Shown: positions 18,874 to 29,719 of the stretch, in pieces
How the letters are laid out: every line of letters begins with the position of its first letter
Numbering within the stretch: position 1 is the first letter of the stretch
Virus record (IMG/VR): IMGVR_UViG_3300028829_003504
Location: 186,001 to 250,000 of that record
Reading direction: 5' to 3' (one strand)
DNA: 64,000 nucleotides
Notes under the pieces: generated by a model
The model's input: the letters and a program-made list of their open reading frames with translations, nothing else
What the model was told of the DNA's origin: nothing
Databases searched by the model: none
Program-made: the position numbers and the translations under genes

Positions 18874-20033
18874 TGTCACAATTTAGAGTCGTTGAAGGCG
18901 AAACGCTTTCTATAAAAGAAGAATTCTTAGACAGTATGGATGATCCACTACAGCCTGCTGATGGCTCCGCGGGGCCAGAAGTAATTCTGTATGACATACG
19001 TGGGGAAAAACCTGCCGTAGTCGCCCAAGTCACGGCTACGCCTGATGCCATGCCTGGGCTGTGGGCTGTCGACTTAGGGGTACCTGTACTGGACTTAAAG
19101 GACTTAACTACTTTCTCTGTGGTGTGGAGATTCGTAGATGACGACCTGGATACGCACACTCTTAAGCACCCATTACTAGTAGAACCTAGCGCACAGAACC
19201 GTGTGACGGATATTGTTATACAGTCGAGGACGGGCGCTAAGATTAACTTCTTTCTACCCTTCCCTTATAACAAAGATGAACACTTGGTTACTATGACATT
19301 ATCGAAGGGTAATTCTTATCTTATTGACCAGCTCGATATAACGGACGTCTCCGTTAAGACTAGAGTTGGTGAAGAGATGACTAAGGTAACAATGCCTGCT
19401 GTCCTGGATGATAAAAATTTAGAACCTCATGTTCTTATTGTTGACTATGAGCATATAAATACTAATCGTCTTGAATCTATGACCTATAAGGTTTGGGCCG
19501 TGACTCCTCAAGTTCTTATGGCCGCCAGTATGATAGAAGACCATATTAACAAGGCTCGATTGCAGAACGTTATTCCTGAATTAGAATACACACAACAGGA
19601 TATACTGACGTATCTACATAGAGGCTTAATGTTGTTTAATCAAATTGCTCCTCGTTTGACCGCCTTTACTGGTATGAACATGCAAGGCGTTATATTGCAA
19701 GCTTGGATTACATGCTCTACATACTACGCACTATCTGCCCAGCTTCAAGCTGAGGGTGCTATGGCCTTTGATTTCTCAGGCCAGACTGTGAATCTCAATG
19801 TAGACCGTTCGCCTTCTATAGAAGCAGCTCTTGGACGAATAGAAGGACAGATAAGTGACCAAGTTAAAGAGACCAAGAAGCTATTAGCTAAAGCAGGCGT
19901 TATATCAGGTGATGGCTCACAAGGCGCCCGTTTAATTTCAGGTGCTATGACTTTCGCTAAACTTGGTATCACTAACTCACCTGTAACTAAGTACAATTTG
20001 ACAGCAAGGTCTCCTCTTGTACGTAGAGGTTAG
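18873..20033 (+). CDS. Probable virion structural protein (possible head-tail adaptor)
   Basis: Beta-rich N-terminal region and helical C-terminal part with FDFSGQTVNLNVDRS; function inferred. Confidence 0.45.
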   Translation: MSQFRVVEGETLSIKEEFLDSMDDPLQPADGSAGPEVILYDIRGEKPAVVAQVTATPDAMPGLWAVDLGVPVLDLKDLTTFSVVWRFVDDDLDTHTLKHPLLVEPSAQNRVTDIVIQSRTGAKINFFLPFPYNKDEHLVTMTLSKGNSYLIDQLDITDVSVKTRVGEEMTKVTMPAVLDDKNLEPHVLIVDYEHINTNRLESMTYKVWAVTPQVLMAASMIEDHINKARLQNVIPELEYTQQDILTYLHRGLMLFNQIAPRLTAFTGMNMQGVILQAWITCSTYYALSAQLQAEGAMAFDFSGQTVNLNVDRSPSIEAALGRIEGQISDQVKETKKLLAKAGVISGDGSQGARLISGAMTFAKLGITNSPVTKYNLTARSPLVRRG

Positions 20034-20131
20034 TACGCTAGACGATGTACTAACTATAAAGTAACAAGACATACCCAAATACTAATTTACTACCACGTAA
20101 ACAAACAATCCTTATTAATGGAGAGATACAA

Positions 20132-20953
20132 ATGTCTATCACCGCACACGTAAAACAATCAACTGTATTGGACGGATCAACAGCAATGGTTACAGCTATT
20201 ATCACTCACGGTAGTCGTGAAGGTGTTGATGGTAAGTCTGCCGCTTTTGCTCTACAGGCCTCTGTCGATAGCAACTTAATTCCTATTGAAGGATCTATGC
20301 GTGTTATTGAAAATACACCTTACAGAACATCTGTAAGATTAGCGATGTCTGCTGCTAACGAAGTCATACCTTTCGAAGACGGTATGGCCGGCTTCTCAAG
20401 CGTTAGCTCTAATATCTATATGGATAGTAAAGAGAATATCTGGTCACTTCGACAAAACGAAGCAGGTAAAGTTCTTGTTCGATCAAATGCTATAGATGAT
20501 GCCTCAGAAATTGGCCAACTGTTAGAAAGTTGCTCCAATGTAACCGAAGCAACAGCTAATAGCCGAGACCGTCAATTCTTCCAATCTGTTGCTTCTGCCG
20601 GAGTACTTCGAGGCATCAACAAAATAGATAGCCAGGACTTCGTATCTTTTGCACACGCAGGTAAGATGCACAACGGCTTTGTAGTCACTGCATTAGTAAA
20701 TGACCAACATCAACCTACAGGCCATTTATCAGTTATCGCATTTAATGATAATCCCGATCAACAACCTGTTACTATTAGAGAAGAAGCTATTGTGCAGAAT
20801 CACGGTATTCCGGGCTACGAAGAACCTGAATCTATGGAAGTATCTACTTCATCTGCAAATGATTTGATTTCTTACTACCGCAAAATCTACGGTCATAACG
20901 CTCAGTTCTTCCGTGAGCTGGAAAAACAGATCCGTGGCTACGCCTTCTCGTAG
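20132..20953 (+). CDS. Hypothetical protein, probable virion component
   Basis: GGAG RBS, upstream CTAATTT motif. Confidence 0.6.
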   Translation: MSITAHVKQSTVLDGSTAMVTAIITHGSREGVDGKSAAFALQASVDSNLIPIEGSMRVIENTPYRTSVRLAMSAANEVIPFEDGMAGFSSVSSNIYMDSKENIWSLRQNEAGKVLVRSNAIDDASEIGQLLESCSNVTEATANSRDRQFFQSVASAGVLRGINKIDSQDFVSFAHAGKMHNGFVVTALVNDQHQPTGHLSVIAFNDNPDQQPVTIREEAIVQNHGIPGYEEPESMEVSTSSANDLISYYRKIYGHNAQFFRELEKQIRGYAFS

Positions 20954-20963
20954 AGGGTATGCT

Positions 20964-21188
20964 ATGATGGATGCAAAGATGCAACGACGCATTACAGCCG
21001 TTGCAAAAACTTTACGTGTAAACATCACAGATCCTGTCGAGTTCGAACTAGCAAAGGGCTTTATCAGCCCTTTAGTTATGGACTTCGAGAATGCGGATGT
21101 TATACGGCACGTTAGGCCTATCTGGTATTTATACGAGAAGGCCCTACAGGAAATCCGTCTATCTATTGGTCAGATTCCTAAAAAATAG
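20964..21188 (+). CDS. Small hypothetical protein
   Basis: ATG 20964 after GAGGG. Confidence 0.65.
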   Translation: MMDAKMQRRITAVAKTLRVNITDPVEFELAKGFISPLVMDFENADVIRHVRPIWYLYEKALQEIRLSIGQIPKK

Positions 21189-21227
21189 GGCGCTTGTCGC
21201 CCTATGGTCGTTTCAAGGCGGTACTTT

Positions 21228-21962
21228 ATGGCAGAAGCAATTGAGCTTGGTGATATTCCTAAAAAGAAGAAGCCAGTTAAAAAGAAAAAGATTTTGAAGA
21301 AGGTATCAAATAAGGAAGATACTATTCGTAAACGACCTAGTGCGGAGTCGTTATCAAAGAAAAAGAAAAAGAAGAAACCATCATCTAGTATTTCCGATAT
21401 TGACGATGTAATTAAGAAAAAGAAAAAGAAGAAACGTAAGCCTGTTACTCAAGGCGAGTTAATGGTAAGAGCCGAAGCCAAGTCCGAAGCCATTAAAGGT
21501 ATGGATGGAATCATTGAGCAGATTGAGAACGAACGTCCTCAAGTAAAAGAGAATGCTCAGTTCCAAGAATACGTCACGATGTTTGAGACACTGAAATCTA
21601 TAGCACGCGTTAAAGAAGGACATTGCTTAAAAGGAGCAGACAGTAAGGATATATATGCTTTGATGCAGGTTTATAACCAGATGCGAGATATCATTGCCGA
21701 CCTACGAGCACTGAAAGATATTACAATGGCCGCTGAGGATTTAGAAGCCAATGTTATGCAGCCTTTTGGACAGCAGTCAGCCGCTGCATTAATGAAGTTC
21801 TTCCAGAGTGTGAAGAATCAAGCTCAGAAAGATCTTAGTGACGATAAGCTGATTACCTTCCTCAACCAGACTAAGAAGTTTGCCAAAGAGAGTGGTCTTG
21901 ATTTACAGGATGCTTTAGACAATGCTTCTGACTCAATATTTAGGGTGTTATCAGAACAATGA
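21228..21962 (+). CDS. Hypothetical protein with poly-lysine N-terminus and helical C-terminus
   Basis: Two K7 runs; ATG 21228. Confidence 0.7.
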   Translation: MAEAIELGDIPKKKKPVKKKKILKKVSNKEDTIRKRPSAESLSKKKKKKKPSSSISDIDDVIKKKKKKKRKPVTQGELMVRAEAKSEAIKGMDGIIEQIENERPQVKENAQFQEYVTMFETLKSIARVKEGHCLKGADSKDIYALMQVYNQMRDIIADLRALKDITMAAEDLEANVMQPFGQQSAAALMKFFQSVKNQAQKDLSDDKLITFLNQTKKFAKESGLDLQDALDNASDSIFRVLSEQ

Positions 21963-22411
21963 CAAATCGAAGACGTACAGGTGCTCCTCGTGGCGGTGTG
22001 GCTTCACGCGGAGGCAATCTATCCGGCCGTACTAGGACAGGTGAGCGATTACGTAGAACTAATTCTAGCCAGTCAGATAACTCTAGGGGCCTTAGATTGA
22101 GGCAGCTAAAGGAAGATAGACTAGAAGTTAATGGATGCACCTGCGATAACTGTAAACGTAGCTTAGATAGACAGCACTATACGGGTACTATATATGGTGA
22201 TCACATAGTACCCGTAGCACAAGGAGGTACTACCTCCAGAGGTAACATACAAATCCTATGTGAACGTTGTCATGAAAACAAAATAGGCAGTATAAACAGA
22301 AAAGGCAGAAACTTACTTAAGGCTAACGCTAAACGAGCTAATGCCCAAAGGAGAAACTCACACGAAGGGACTAAAACTAAACGTGGCGAGTCTTGGAGGA
22401 ATTACGAGTAA
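21959..22411 (+). CDS. HNH endonuclease
   Basis: CDNC...DHIVPVAQGG....NIQILCERCH. Confidence 0.88.
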   Translation: MTNRRRTGAPRGGVASRGGNLSGRTRTGERLRRTNSSQSDNSRGLRLRQLKEDRLEVNGCTCDNCKRSLDRQHYTGTIYGDHIVPVAQGGTTSRGNIQILCERCHENKIGSINRKGRNLLKANAKRANAQRRNSHEGTKTKRGESWRNYE

Positions 22412-23280
22412 TGAAAATAACACTAACAAGACCCAAGTCAGTTGACGTAGTTAAAGAACTCGACCGAATGGGCGTATCAAAGACGGATAGGTCAAAACCT
22501 CCTAGTATCACTATGTTTCCACAGGTAGTTGATTTAGATTATCATGATGTTTGGGAGAAGTTCCTTAGTACTCAGACGAGTAATGACCTATACACTCAGG
22601 GTGACTTCCCTGAGCACGGCCTTTATCTGGTATGTTGTGGTTTTATATCATACATGGATAATCAAGCCTCCAGTGCCTACGACAAGTCTAAGTTTAATTT
22701 ACTGGATAACTCAAGAAGGCAACTGCATCATAAGTTACTAGGATTCAAGCAAGACCTCGGTACATTTCTTAGGCAGAAAAACTTAAACCGCACGTTGTCT
22801 ATTTACAAAGACGATATATCTATACTTAATCCTGATACTAATGCTTTCATTAATGCCAATATTGATATACAGGCGCAAGTAACTTTATTTATGGTACCTA
22901 GAAAAAAGTTTATCTTAAAGAAAACAGACTTTGGTAGTACGTCAGAACGCACCTCGTTGGACCCTATATTATATTCCCTAAAGAACTATCTATATAGGAA
23001 TGAATTGCCCTCTCAGATGCAAGGCAAGAAACGTAATTTAAACTCGAACTTATCGAAGACCCGATATCTAACTGAATCCGAAGTATTAAAAAAGCCAAAC
23101 CGACAGTGGGCTAGAGTAGATACTAAAGGTATTCATGTACTTGCTTATAGGGCAGGTCGTGACTTATTGGCTCTGAGATTTATTTTAGATATACCTATCA
23201 TATTCTTTGGAGGCAACTTAGGACAGAAAGATGTCTTAGTTGAAATCAAGAAAGTAATTAAAAGAAGTCTACCTATGTGA
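22411..23280 (+). CDS. Hypothetical protein
   Basis: TAATG-coupled start after GGAGG. Confidence 0.7.
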   Translation: MKITLTRPKSVDVVKELDRMGVSKTDRSKPPSITMFPQVVDLDYHDVWEKFLSTQTSNDLYTQGDFPEHGLYLVCCGFISYMDNQASSAYDKSKFNLLDNSRRQLHHKLLGFKQDLGTFLRQKNLNRTLSIYKDDISILNPDTNAFINANIDIQAQVTLFMVPRKKFILKKTDFGSTSERTSLDPILYSLKNYLYRNELPSQMQGKKRNLNSNLSKTRYLTESEVLKKPNRQWARVDTKGIHVLAYRAGRDLLALRFILDIPIIFFGGNLGQKDVLVEIKKVIKRSLPM

Positions 23281-23287
23281 GGAACGT

Positions 23288-23836
23288 ATGGTTTTTTTAA
23301 AACGAACACAAGAAGCTTTATCTAAGACGCTACAAGACGATCCTAGATTAAAGCCCATTATAAATAATATCATAAGTACGTCCAGTGTAGACGACATAGA
23401 ATACAGTAACAAGTTCGAAGCTGTTATGTCAATTTTACGTAGTCGTGGCTTGTCTGTGGATTCTCTTGATCCATCAGACCTTGAGGAGACTATAGGTCTT
23501 CTTATGGGTGCAGTTCTATCTATGAACATGGAACTTACTAGTGCCAAATCCGACGAATTGGATATACCTTTGGATGTAAATCCATTTAACGAAGACGATA
23601 TTTTAGTTTCTATGTACATAGAACGTTGTGAGAATACGTTCCTTGAGAGACTAGGTAAGCTTAAAGCCTATGAACTTAAAGATCTCTTTAAATCTACCAA
23701 CTATTGGAAGTCCCTACCTCAGCTTGATAGATGGGTTCAAGCTAAACTACTAATAAATCAATCGGCCTATAGTGAGTATGAACCTCTAGCTATTTGGACA
23801 AAGCTAGCTGACTCTTACGGTTTAATAAAAGGATAA
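23288..23836 (+). CDS. Hypothetical protein
   Basis: GAGGA RBS, 182 aa. Confidence 0.7.
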   Translation: MVFLKRTQEALSKTLQDDPRLKPIINNIISTSSVDDIEYSNKFEAVMSILRSRGLSVDSLDPSDLEETIGLLMGAVLSMNMELTSAKSDELDIPLDVNPFNEDDILVSMYIERCENTFLERLGKLKAYELKDLFKSTNYWKSLPQLDRWVQAKLLINQSAYSEYEPLAIWTKLADSYGLIKG

Positions 23837-23840
23837 AAGA

Positions 23841-26800
23841 ATGTTCGAATCTAATGACGATAATCTGGAACTCTTCTCCTATGCGCAGGGTTTAATCTCG
23901 ACATCTAAAGACGCAACCTCCGATGTTGCCGACCCTATAGCGGCCTCAATGGCACCAGTGCAGTTGGCTCCTGAAAGCATGAAAGACTTTATGGGTCACT
24001 TCTTTCCTACACGTAAGAAGTCTGCTGCTGCGGGAGGCCCCACAGGTAATGACCTACAAAGGCTCGTACCTGAATTATCTAAAGTCTCCTACGGTATTAG
24101 CAAGTTTTTTGCCTTTGCCCAATACTGTTTAGCTAACGGTAGTACGTTGGAAGACATGGAACGTGGAGATATGATCTCTAACCTAACTTCTATAGCCAAT
24201 GCGTTAAATCAAGAAGTCCATAAAGATGAAATGAAACAGCACCTGAGTACTGTATTCGGTGTGCTGAGTCAAGGTCAGCACCACGTAATTAAAGACAGTG
24301 AGCGTTTTAAGAAAGGTAAGGATATTATCTTTTCTGGCATCCCGGGTTCACAGAAAGCTCTTAAAGGCGGTATTCATTTTCGTGCCCAACCTATTGCTGA
24401 GATTCAAGTTAACCGTAACCCATCGACTGAAGGTTTCTACGAAAACGAACGTCTTGGTAATTATAGCACTGAACTAAGTCTAGGTGTAATAAAAGCGTGT
24501 GAGTTTTTACACAAAGAATTGTTCGGTGAGGCTACTACCTTTTCTAAGCAAGACATGCGTAAAGTTCACCAGAAGCGCTGGACTTGGGACTTTGAAGCTT
24601 TAAATCAAAAGATGGCCGATTACATGGGCCTTCCTCTTAAATTTGAATTCTTCGTCAACCCTGATAAGGACCTTGTTAGCAAGTTTGACAAGTATATGTC
24701 TTTGGCTTGCATACGGGAAGTAAACAAAAACGTTGCAAAGGAATGGTCATACTATCTAACCCACCAAGACGGCACGGATAAGCCTGACAATAGTAAATTG
24801 ATTACTAAAGAAGGTATGTTGGCGTCGGTTAACTTTGGTATTACTTATTGCTTAAACCTGCCTACAGAATTCGTCAACTACATCTCACAGTCTGAGAGCG
24901 GTGACCTATCACTATACGCATTGCATACTTGGATAACTACGTGGGGTAAGTACTATATACGACCTGCAGGTTCTTCTACTGGTGGTATTACTCGTAAGTT
25001 CCTACCTCGATATATCGTTCCAGCTTCACGTACCTCTAATTTGGTTGAAGAACGTAAGAAAGCAGGTTACTATGTCGATGGAGGTAGAAGTGACGAAGAC
25101 AGTTTGACTGTTGGACCTATCGGTAGTTTGATGTATGTGCCTAAGCAAGACGCAGCCGACTTTGATAATGCCAAAGCGTACGAGTCTTCGATGGAAGAAT
25201 TGATTCGTTTGTCTTATGAACACGGAGTTCCTGTAACTGATAATGTGACGTTGACTGACGAACAAATTGTTGCTTCGGGTTCCGCTGATGCCCAAGGGAG
25301 CATACGTGCTCAGAAAGAGAAGTTGGAAGAATACAAGGGTACTGTACTTAGTTACTCTTGGGACTACAACACCATCTTAACTGTAGGTGCTAACAATAGT
25401 TTCAAACAAAACAACATTGACTTACAAGGATCTACTGTACCTGATGCGTTGACTGTATCTGATTACTTAGGCTTTGACTTCTCAGAAGAAGGCGAACTTC
25501 CTATAGTTAAAGATTTTGCAGACAGCCTGGCGATGATGATGATGCACATCAAACCCGACGGTACTGACATGCACGTTACTCCAGAATCAATCAAGTTTGG
25601 TTACTGGAAAGATGACGCAGAGAGTGGTTTCTTAGGATTCCCACCGTTCGCTTCATTGCTACGTACTTATACATACATGGCCATAAGAAAGAAAGTCCCA
25701 ACCTTGAGTAAGTTGATTGAGGAGGCTGCCGAAGAGCTATCCTTACCAACTCTTGATTCTAATGACTTCGAGCTCGGTTTATATAAATCTGTTATCCGTA
25801 ATGACCTAAGTCTACAAGCTTCCGATGTGATTAAAACAGGTGAGGTCATTAAACGATTAATAACCTATGCTATTAAAGATGCCGAAGCAGGCCCTGGTAG
25901 TAATTTACGTACCCAAGTAATGCGTGAGATTGGCCCTGAGTCTTTCGATGTAGAAATCAAAGATCATCCTCGATTCTTTAATAAAAGATCGAGCACACTG
26001 GCAGACTTTGGTAATGTTTACGCCTACCTTGGTGGTCGTGTATTCCAGAAGGCTTGTATGGCTCTTACTAAAGTAAGTAGCAAAGACTTGATGACACAGA
26101 ACTTCGAAGGCGTAGAAGGCCTGCTAAAAGATGTGACGTTGCCTAGTTTCCAAACTATTAGTATGGAAGTTATGCCTCTTGCAATCATGCTTGGTAAGAT
26201 GGTTCCTCAAGCTACTGAGTACTTTGAGAAAGCAGAAGTCATTATCGATTCATTCCGTAAGGATGACTCCCTAGATGCTGACGACATCGTTATGCCTGGT
26301 CTTGCCGAAGGCAGTCAGATGTTTCCACACCAAATAGATATTCATCGTACATTACGTAAACGCCCTAAGTTCGCTACTATTGATGTTGCACCTGGTGGAG
26401 GTAAGACAATAGCGTTACTAGTCGATATAGGTTGTGTGCAGAACGAAGACCCAGACGGTATACGAGCCCTTGTACTTTGCCCAGACCATTTAGTTGGTAA
26501 CTGGTGTGAAGATATGGTTAAGGTTACTAAAGGTAGTTGGAACGTAGTACCTCTTAAAACAGAAGTATGGAAACGTTGGGGTGACGAGAAGTTAGCTGCG
26601 ATGATTCAGGGCGCACCACCTAATACGATATTTGTTGCTGGTTTGAACTTCGTTAAGTCTAAGCCTTTCCTGATGTCTTATGGTACTAAGTCAATCCATG
26701 TTTCTGGTATGGTAGAGTTCTTAAAGCGTTTTGGCTTTAACTACATCGCATTGGACGAATCCCACAAGTGTAAGAACTTAACAAGTATTACACATAAAGC

Positions 26801-29675
26801 AACTAAGCAACTTACCACACTAAGTAGCGTAAAGTACGTCCGACTGGCTACAGGTACGTTGGTGCATAAAGACATTACTGATGTTGTCGGCCAAGCAGCC
26901 TTATATAGTTCACATATATTCCGTACTACTAACCTTTTTAACTATGAGTTTGATGCTTCTTCTAATGATAGTGCTGCCCGTGTTAGGTCTAAGCTGGCTA
27001 ACCATAGTGCTGTTATAACTAAAAAGAAAAAGGAATGGGCATTCATGTTGCCTAACCCTGTTGATATACTTGTTAAGACTTCTATTGCTGACCCATCTAA
27101 CCCTGGTTCAGAGATTCACTATGAAGTTTACAACGCCGTACTTAACGATGTTGTAGAGCAATTAGAGAAAGAAATCAATGACAAGAAACGAGCCAATGCT
27201 ATGGACCGACAAGAAGCAGACGATGACGGTATCGACGCTATGGGTGCTGATTCTGATCCGGATTCAATAGGACAGATCGAAGATTTTGGTTTAGAAGAGG
27301 ACGACGACGACGAATTATCCAAAGTCGATCCGAACCAGCTTAAGTACTACATGCAACGTTTAGAGCAACTAGTAACAGATCCTTGGGGCGACCCTTCCGG
27401 TCGTGAAGCTTTAGAGAAAGCAGGTATAAAAGAGTTCGTACCGACTAAAGTTAAAGATGTTATAGGCCGTATCGATAATCACTTTACTACTTACAAACCA
27501 GAAGACCTTAGTGCATTAAATACCTCACATGCTATCGTTTATTGGAACAAAGGTATGACTCATAAAGAATTGGATCTTGTAGAAGATTCCAATGGTGATA
27601 CCTATATGGCTCGTAAGTTTGGTGATACTCGTAAACGTTTAGAGTATGACACACCATCTATTAAAGAACCATCGAAAGACCCTGAACGTTGGAAGCTTGA
27701 GATTAGAGGCAAGGTACTTATCTTCTGTCGCTATACACGATCGGTTAACGCAATCTTTGAAGGGTTACCTCCTAAGTACAAATCCATGGCTAAGAGATTC
27801 CATGGATCACTAGATGGTGAAGATAAGTGGGATAACTTAGAAGCGTTTAAAACTGACCCTAACTGTAAGATATTAATTGCTAATGAGCAATCAATAACTG
27901 AAGGTCAGAACCTGCAGATGGCATCACGTATTATCCGTGTAGATAGTCCTTGGTCTCCTGGTGATTACGATCAGTCTACTGCTCGTATATTCCGACCTGA
28001 CCCTGCTGCTGCAAACATCGGCGAAGACGGTAAGCCTGGTGATATGCCACGTGAAGTAATCTTTATTGACTGGATTATGACTAGTGGTACTTCGGAAGTT
28101 GCGAAGATCGCCCGACTAATGTGGCGTACAGTAGAGAAAACAAAGTTCGATGAAAAAGGGAATAAGCGCTACGAAGAACTTAATGAATTTGACCTAACGC
28201 CTATATCAATGAGCCTTGAAACCTTACGTGAGCGTTCGACTATTGAGGACTTCATGGAATACTTTGAAGCCAAGGCAATGCTGAATGACATTGAAGGTAA
28301 CGAGTTTAGTGAGATGCGTAAGACGACCGTTGCTGCAATGATTCCTCTTACTCCTGCTCCGGCAAGAGACGACTTTGCGCTAATGGACAGCGTTCCTATT
28401 GTAGGTAGTCAACGTATTGCTGACCCTCACGGTTTTGGTTTAAATAGAATGGTTGATTATATGTCGCAACATACAATCGATGACTCACGTAAACCTGACG
28501 AAATCGCCGATATGATTAAAGGACTTCCTGTTAAAACTGAATTCGGCAACGGTACAGTTGTTGGCGTCAAATTTAGATACAGTAAAGGCCGTGACTCGGA
28601 GGGTAACCGCCGTCTTGAGAAAAGACCTATTCGTTCTGTAGTTGTACGACTTGCTGGTAGTGAGGAACTTGAGACATTCGATGTTTCTTTAGTTCACATA
28701 GCCACTAAGCTTTCTGATAAACAGTTTGATGAATTCTTCCGCGTTGAAAATACTTGGGGCACCGCCAAAGAAAAGAAAGCATTAGATCGTGCTCAGAAAG
28801 AAATCGATGATGCTAGTCGCAAGGAAGCGGACCGCCGTGAGAAAGAAGACGCACGTATTAGCTCAGCCTCTGCTAAAGAAAGTGCAAAATCTAAGAAGGC
28901 CAAGAAGCGCAAAGAAAATATCGCAGCAGGTAAGCCAATTAATGAAGGTGTTAAGATCATCAAGAAAGGTGAGAAGATGCCTAAGCCGGCTAAAGACCAG
29001 GTTAAGATCATCAAAGCTGATGACAGTAAGACTACTGCTGATAGACGTTTACGTATTATCCCAAGTGTGTATGATGGCTTCATTGCCATCCATGCTAACT
29101 TGAGAGACCCGGATGCCCATGATATGAAACAATTTAGTTTTGTACCTTTCGGCGATTACTTGTACATTGAAACTAATCGTTATGAAAGATTCTGGACCAT
29201 TGTAGAGTGGATTGAAGCACAGGCTAAGCAGATGAAGATTAAGCTGGACGCTAAATCTGAGAAACGCCTTGAGGTTATCCAAGATGCTTTTGAAGAACGT
29301 AAAGTTATAAATTTTAATGCTCGACTTGCGGCTAAAGTTCAATCTGAGCTTCCTCAGTTCCATAGACAGAGACATATAGAAGCACGCGATAGAAAGTCTA
29401 TTAAAATCTATCCAATGGTTATGCAAGACCGTGTTCGTCTAGCAATTGATTTACGTACTAATCCACTTGTACGTAAATTCATGGACCGATCTGTACCAGG
29501 TGCTGCATCTAAATGGAAACATCATGAAGGAATGAACATCTTCTTCGCGGTGAACAAAACGGAAGCTAAACGTAAACTTAAGGAGCTTGTTGAAGCTGGT
29601 TATACGATTACCAACATAGACAAAGCGCTTGATTCTATAAGTCAGCTTAAAGTAACTCGTAGCAAATCTAAATAG
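23841..29675 (+). CDS. Giant SNF2-family (SF2) helicase/ATPase with long N- and C-terminal extensions
   Basis: FPHQ, APGGGKT, LVLCP, LDESH, LATGT, KVLIF, EGQNLQ.A..II..D.PW.P....Q...RI.R. Confidence 0.85.
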   Translation: MFESNDDNLELFSYAQGLISTSKDATSDVADPIAASMAPVQLAPESMKDFMGHFFPTRKKSAAAGGPTGNDLQRLVPELSKVSYGISKFFAFAQYCLANGSTLEDMERGDMISNLTSIANALNQEVHKDEMKQHLSTVFGVLSQGQHHVIKDSERFKKGKDIIFSGIPGSQKALKGGIHFRAQPIAEIQVNRNPSTEGFYENERLGNYSTELSLGVIKACEFLHKELFGEATTFSKQDMRKVHQKRWTWDFEALNQKMADYMGLPLKFEFFVNPDKDLVSKFDKYMSLACIREVNKNVAKEWSYYLTHQDGTDKPDNSKLITKEGMLASVNFGITYCLNLPTEFVNYISQSESGDLSLYALHTWITTWGKYYIRPAGSSTGGITRKFLPRYIVPASRTSNLVEERKKAGYYVDGGRSDEDSLTVGPIGSLMYVPKQDAADFDNAKAYESSMEELIRLSYEHGVPVTDNVTLTDEQIVASGSADAQGSIRAQKEKLEEYKGTVLSYSWDYNTILTVGANNSFKQNNIDLQGSTVPDALTVSDYLGFDFSEEGELPIVKDFADSLAMMMMHIKPDGTDMHVTPESIKFGYWKDDAESGFLGFPPFASLLRTYTYMAIRKKVPTLSKLIEEAAEELSLPTLDSNDFELGLYKSVIRNDLSLQASDVIKTGEVIKRLITYAIKDAEAGPGSNLRTQVMREIGPESFDVEIKDHPRFFNKRSSTLADFGNVYAYLGGRVFQKACMALTKVSSKDLMTQNFEGVEGLLKDVTLPSFQTISMEVMPLAIMLGKMVPQATEYFEKAEVIIDSFRKDDSLDADDIVMPGLAEGSQMFPHQIDIHRTLRKRPKFATIDVAPGGGKTIALLVDIGCVQNEDPDGIRALVLCPDHLVGNWCEDMVKVTKGSWNVVPLKTEVWKRWGDEKLAAMIQGAPPNTIFVAGLNFVKSKPFLMSYGTKSIHVSGMVEFLKRFGFNYIALDESHKCKNLTSITHKATKQLTTLSSVKYVRLATGTLVHKDITDVVGQAALYSSHIFRTTNLFNYEFDASSNDSAARVRSKLANHSAVITKKKKEWAFMLPNPVDILVKTSIADPSNPGSEIHYEVYNAVLNDVVEQLEKEINDKKRANAMDRQEADDDGIDAMGADSDPDSIGQIEDFGLEEDDDDELSKVDPNQLKYYMQRLEQLVTDPWGDPSGREALEKAGIKEFVPTKVKDVIGRIDNHFTTYKPEDLSALNTSHAIVYWNKGMTHKELDLVEDSNGDTYMARKFGDTRKRLEYDTPSIKEPSKDPERWKLEIRGKVLIFCRYTRSVNAIFEGLPPKYKSMAKRFHGSLDGEDKWDNLEAFKTDPNCKILIANEQSITEGQNLQMASRIIRVDSPWSPGDYDQSTARIFRPDPAAANIGEDGKPGDMPREVIFIDWIMTSGTSEVAKIARLMWRTVEKTKFDEKGNKRYEELNEFDLTPISMSLETLRERSTIEDFMEYFEAKAMLNDIEGNEFSEMRKTTVAAMIPLTPAPARDDFALMDSVPIVGSQRIADPHGFGLNRMVDYMSQHTIDDSRKPDEIADMIKGLPVKTEFGNGTVVGVKFRYSKGRDSEGNRRLEKRPIRSVVVRLAGSEELETFDVSLVHIATKLSDKQFDEFFRVENTWGTAKEKKALDRAQKEIDDASRKEADRREKEDARISSASAKESAKSKKAKKRKENIAAGKPINEGVKIIKKGEKMPKPAKDQVKIIKADDSKTTADRRLRIIPSVYDGFIAIHANLRDPDAHDMKQFSFVPFGDYLYIETNRYERFWTIVEWIEAQAKQMKIKLDAKSEKRLEVIQDAFEERKVINFNARLAAKVQSELPQFHRQRHIEARDRKSIKIYPMVMQDRVRLAIDLRTNPLVRKFMDRSVPGAASKWKHHEGMNIFFAVNKTEAKRKLKELVEAGYTITNIDKALDSISQLKVTRSKSK

Positions 29676-29681
29676 TATGCC

Positions 29682-29702
29682 GGAGGCCTCGGCCTCCGCT
29701 TA
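29682..29702 (+). terminator. Hairpin / weak terminator after the SNF2 gene
   Basis: CGGAGGC-CTCG-GCCTCCG. Confidence 0.5.
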
Positions 29703-29719
29703 ATTTAAGGAAATTTGTA

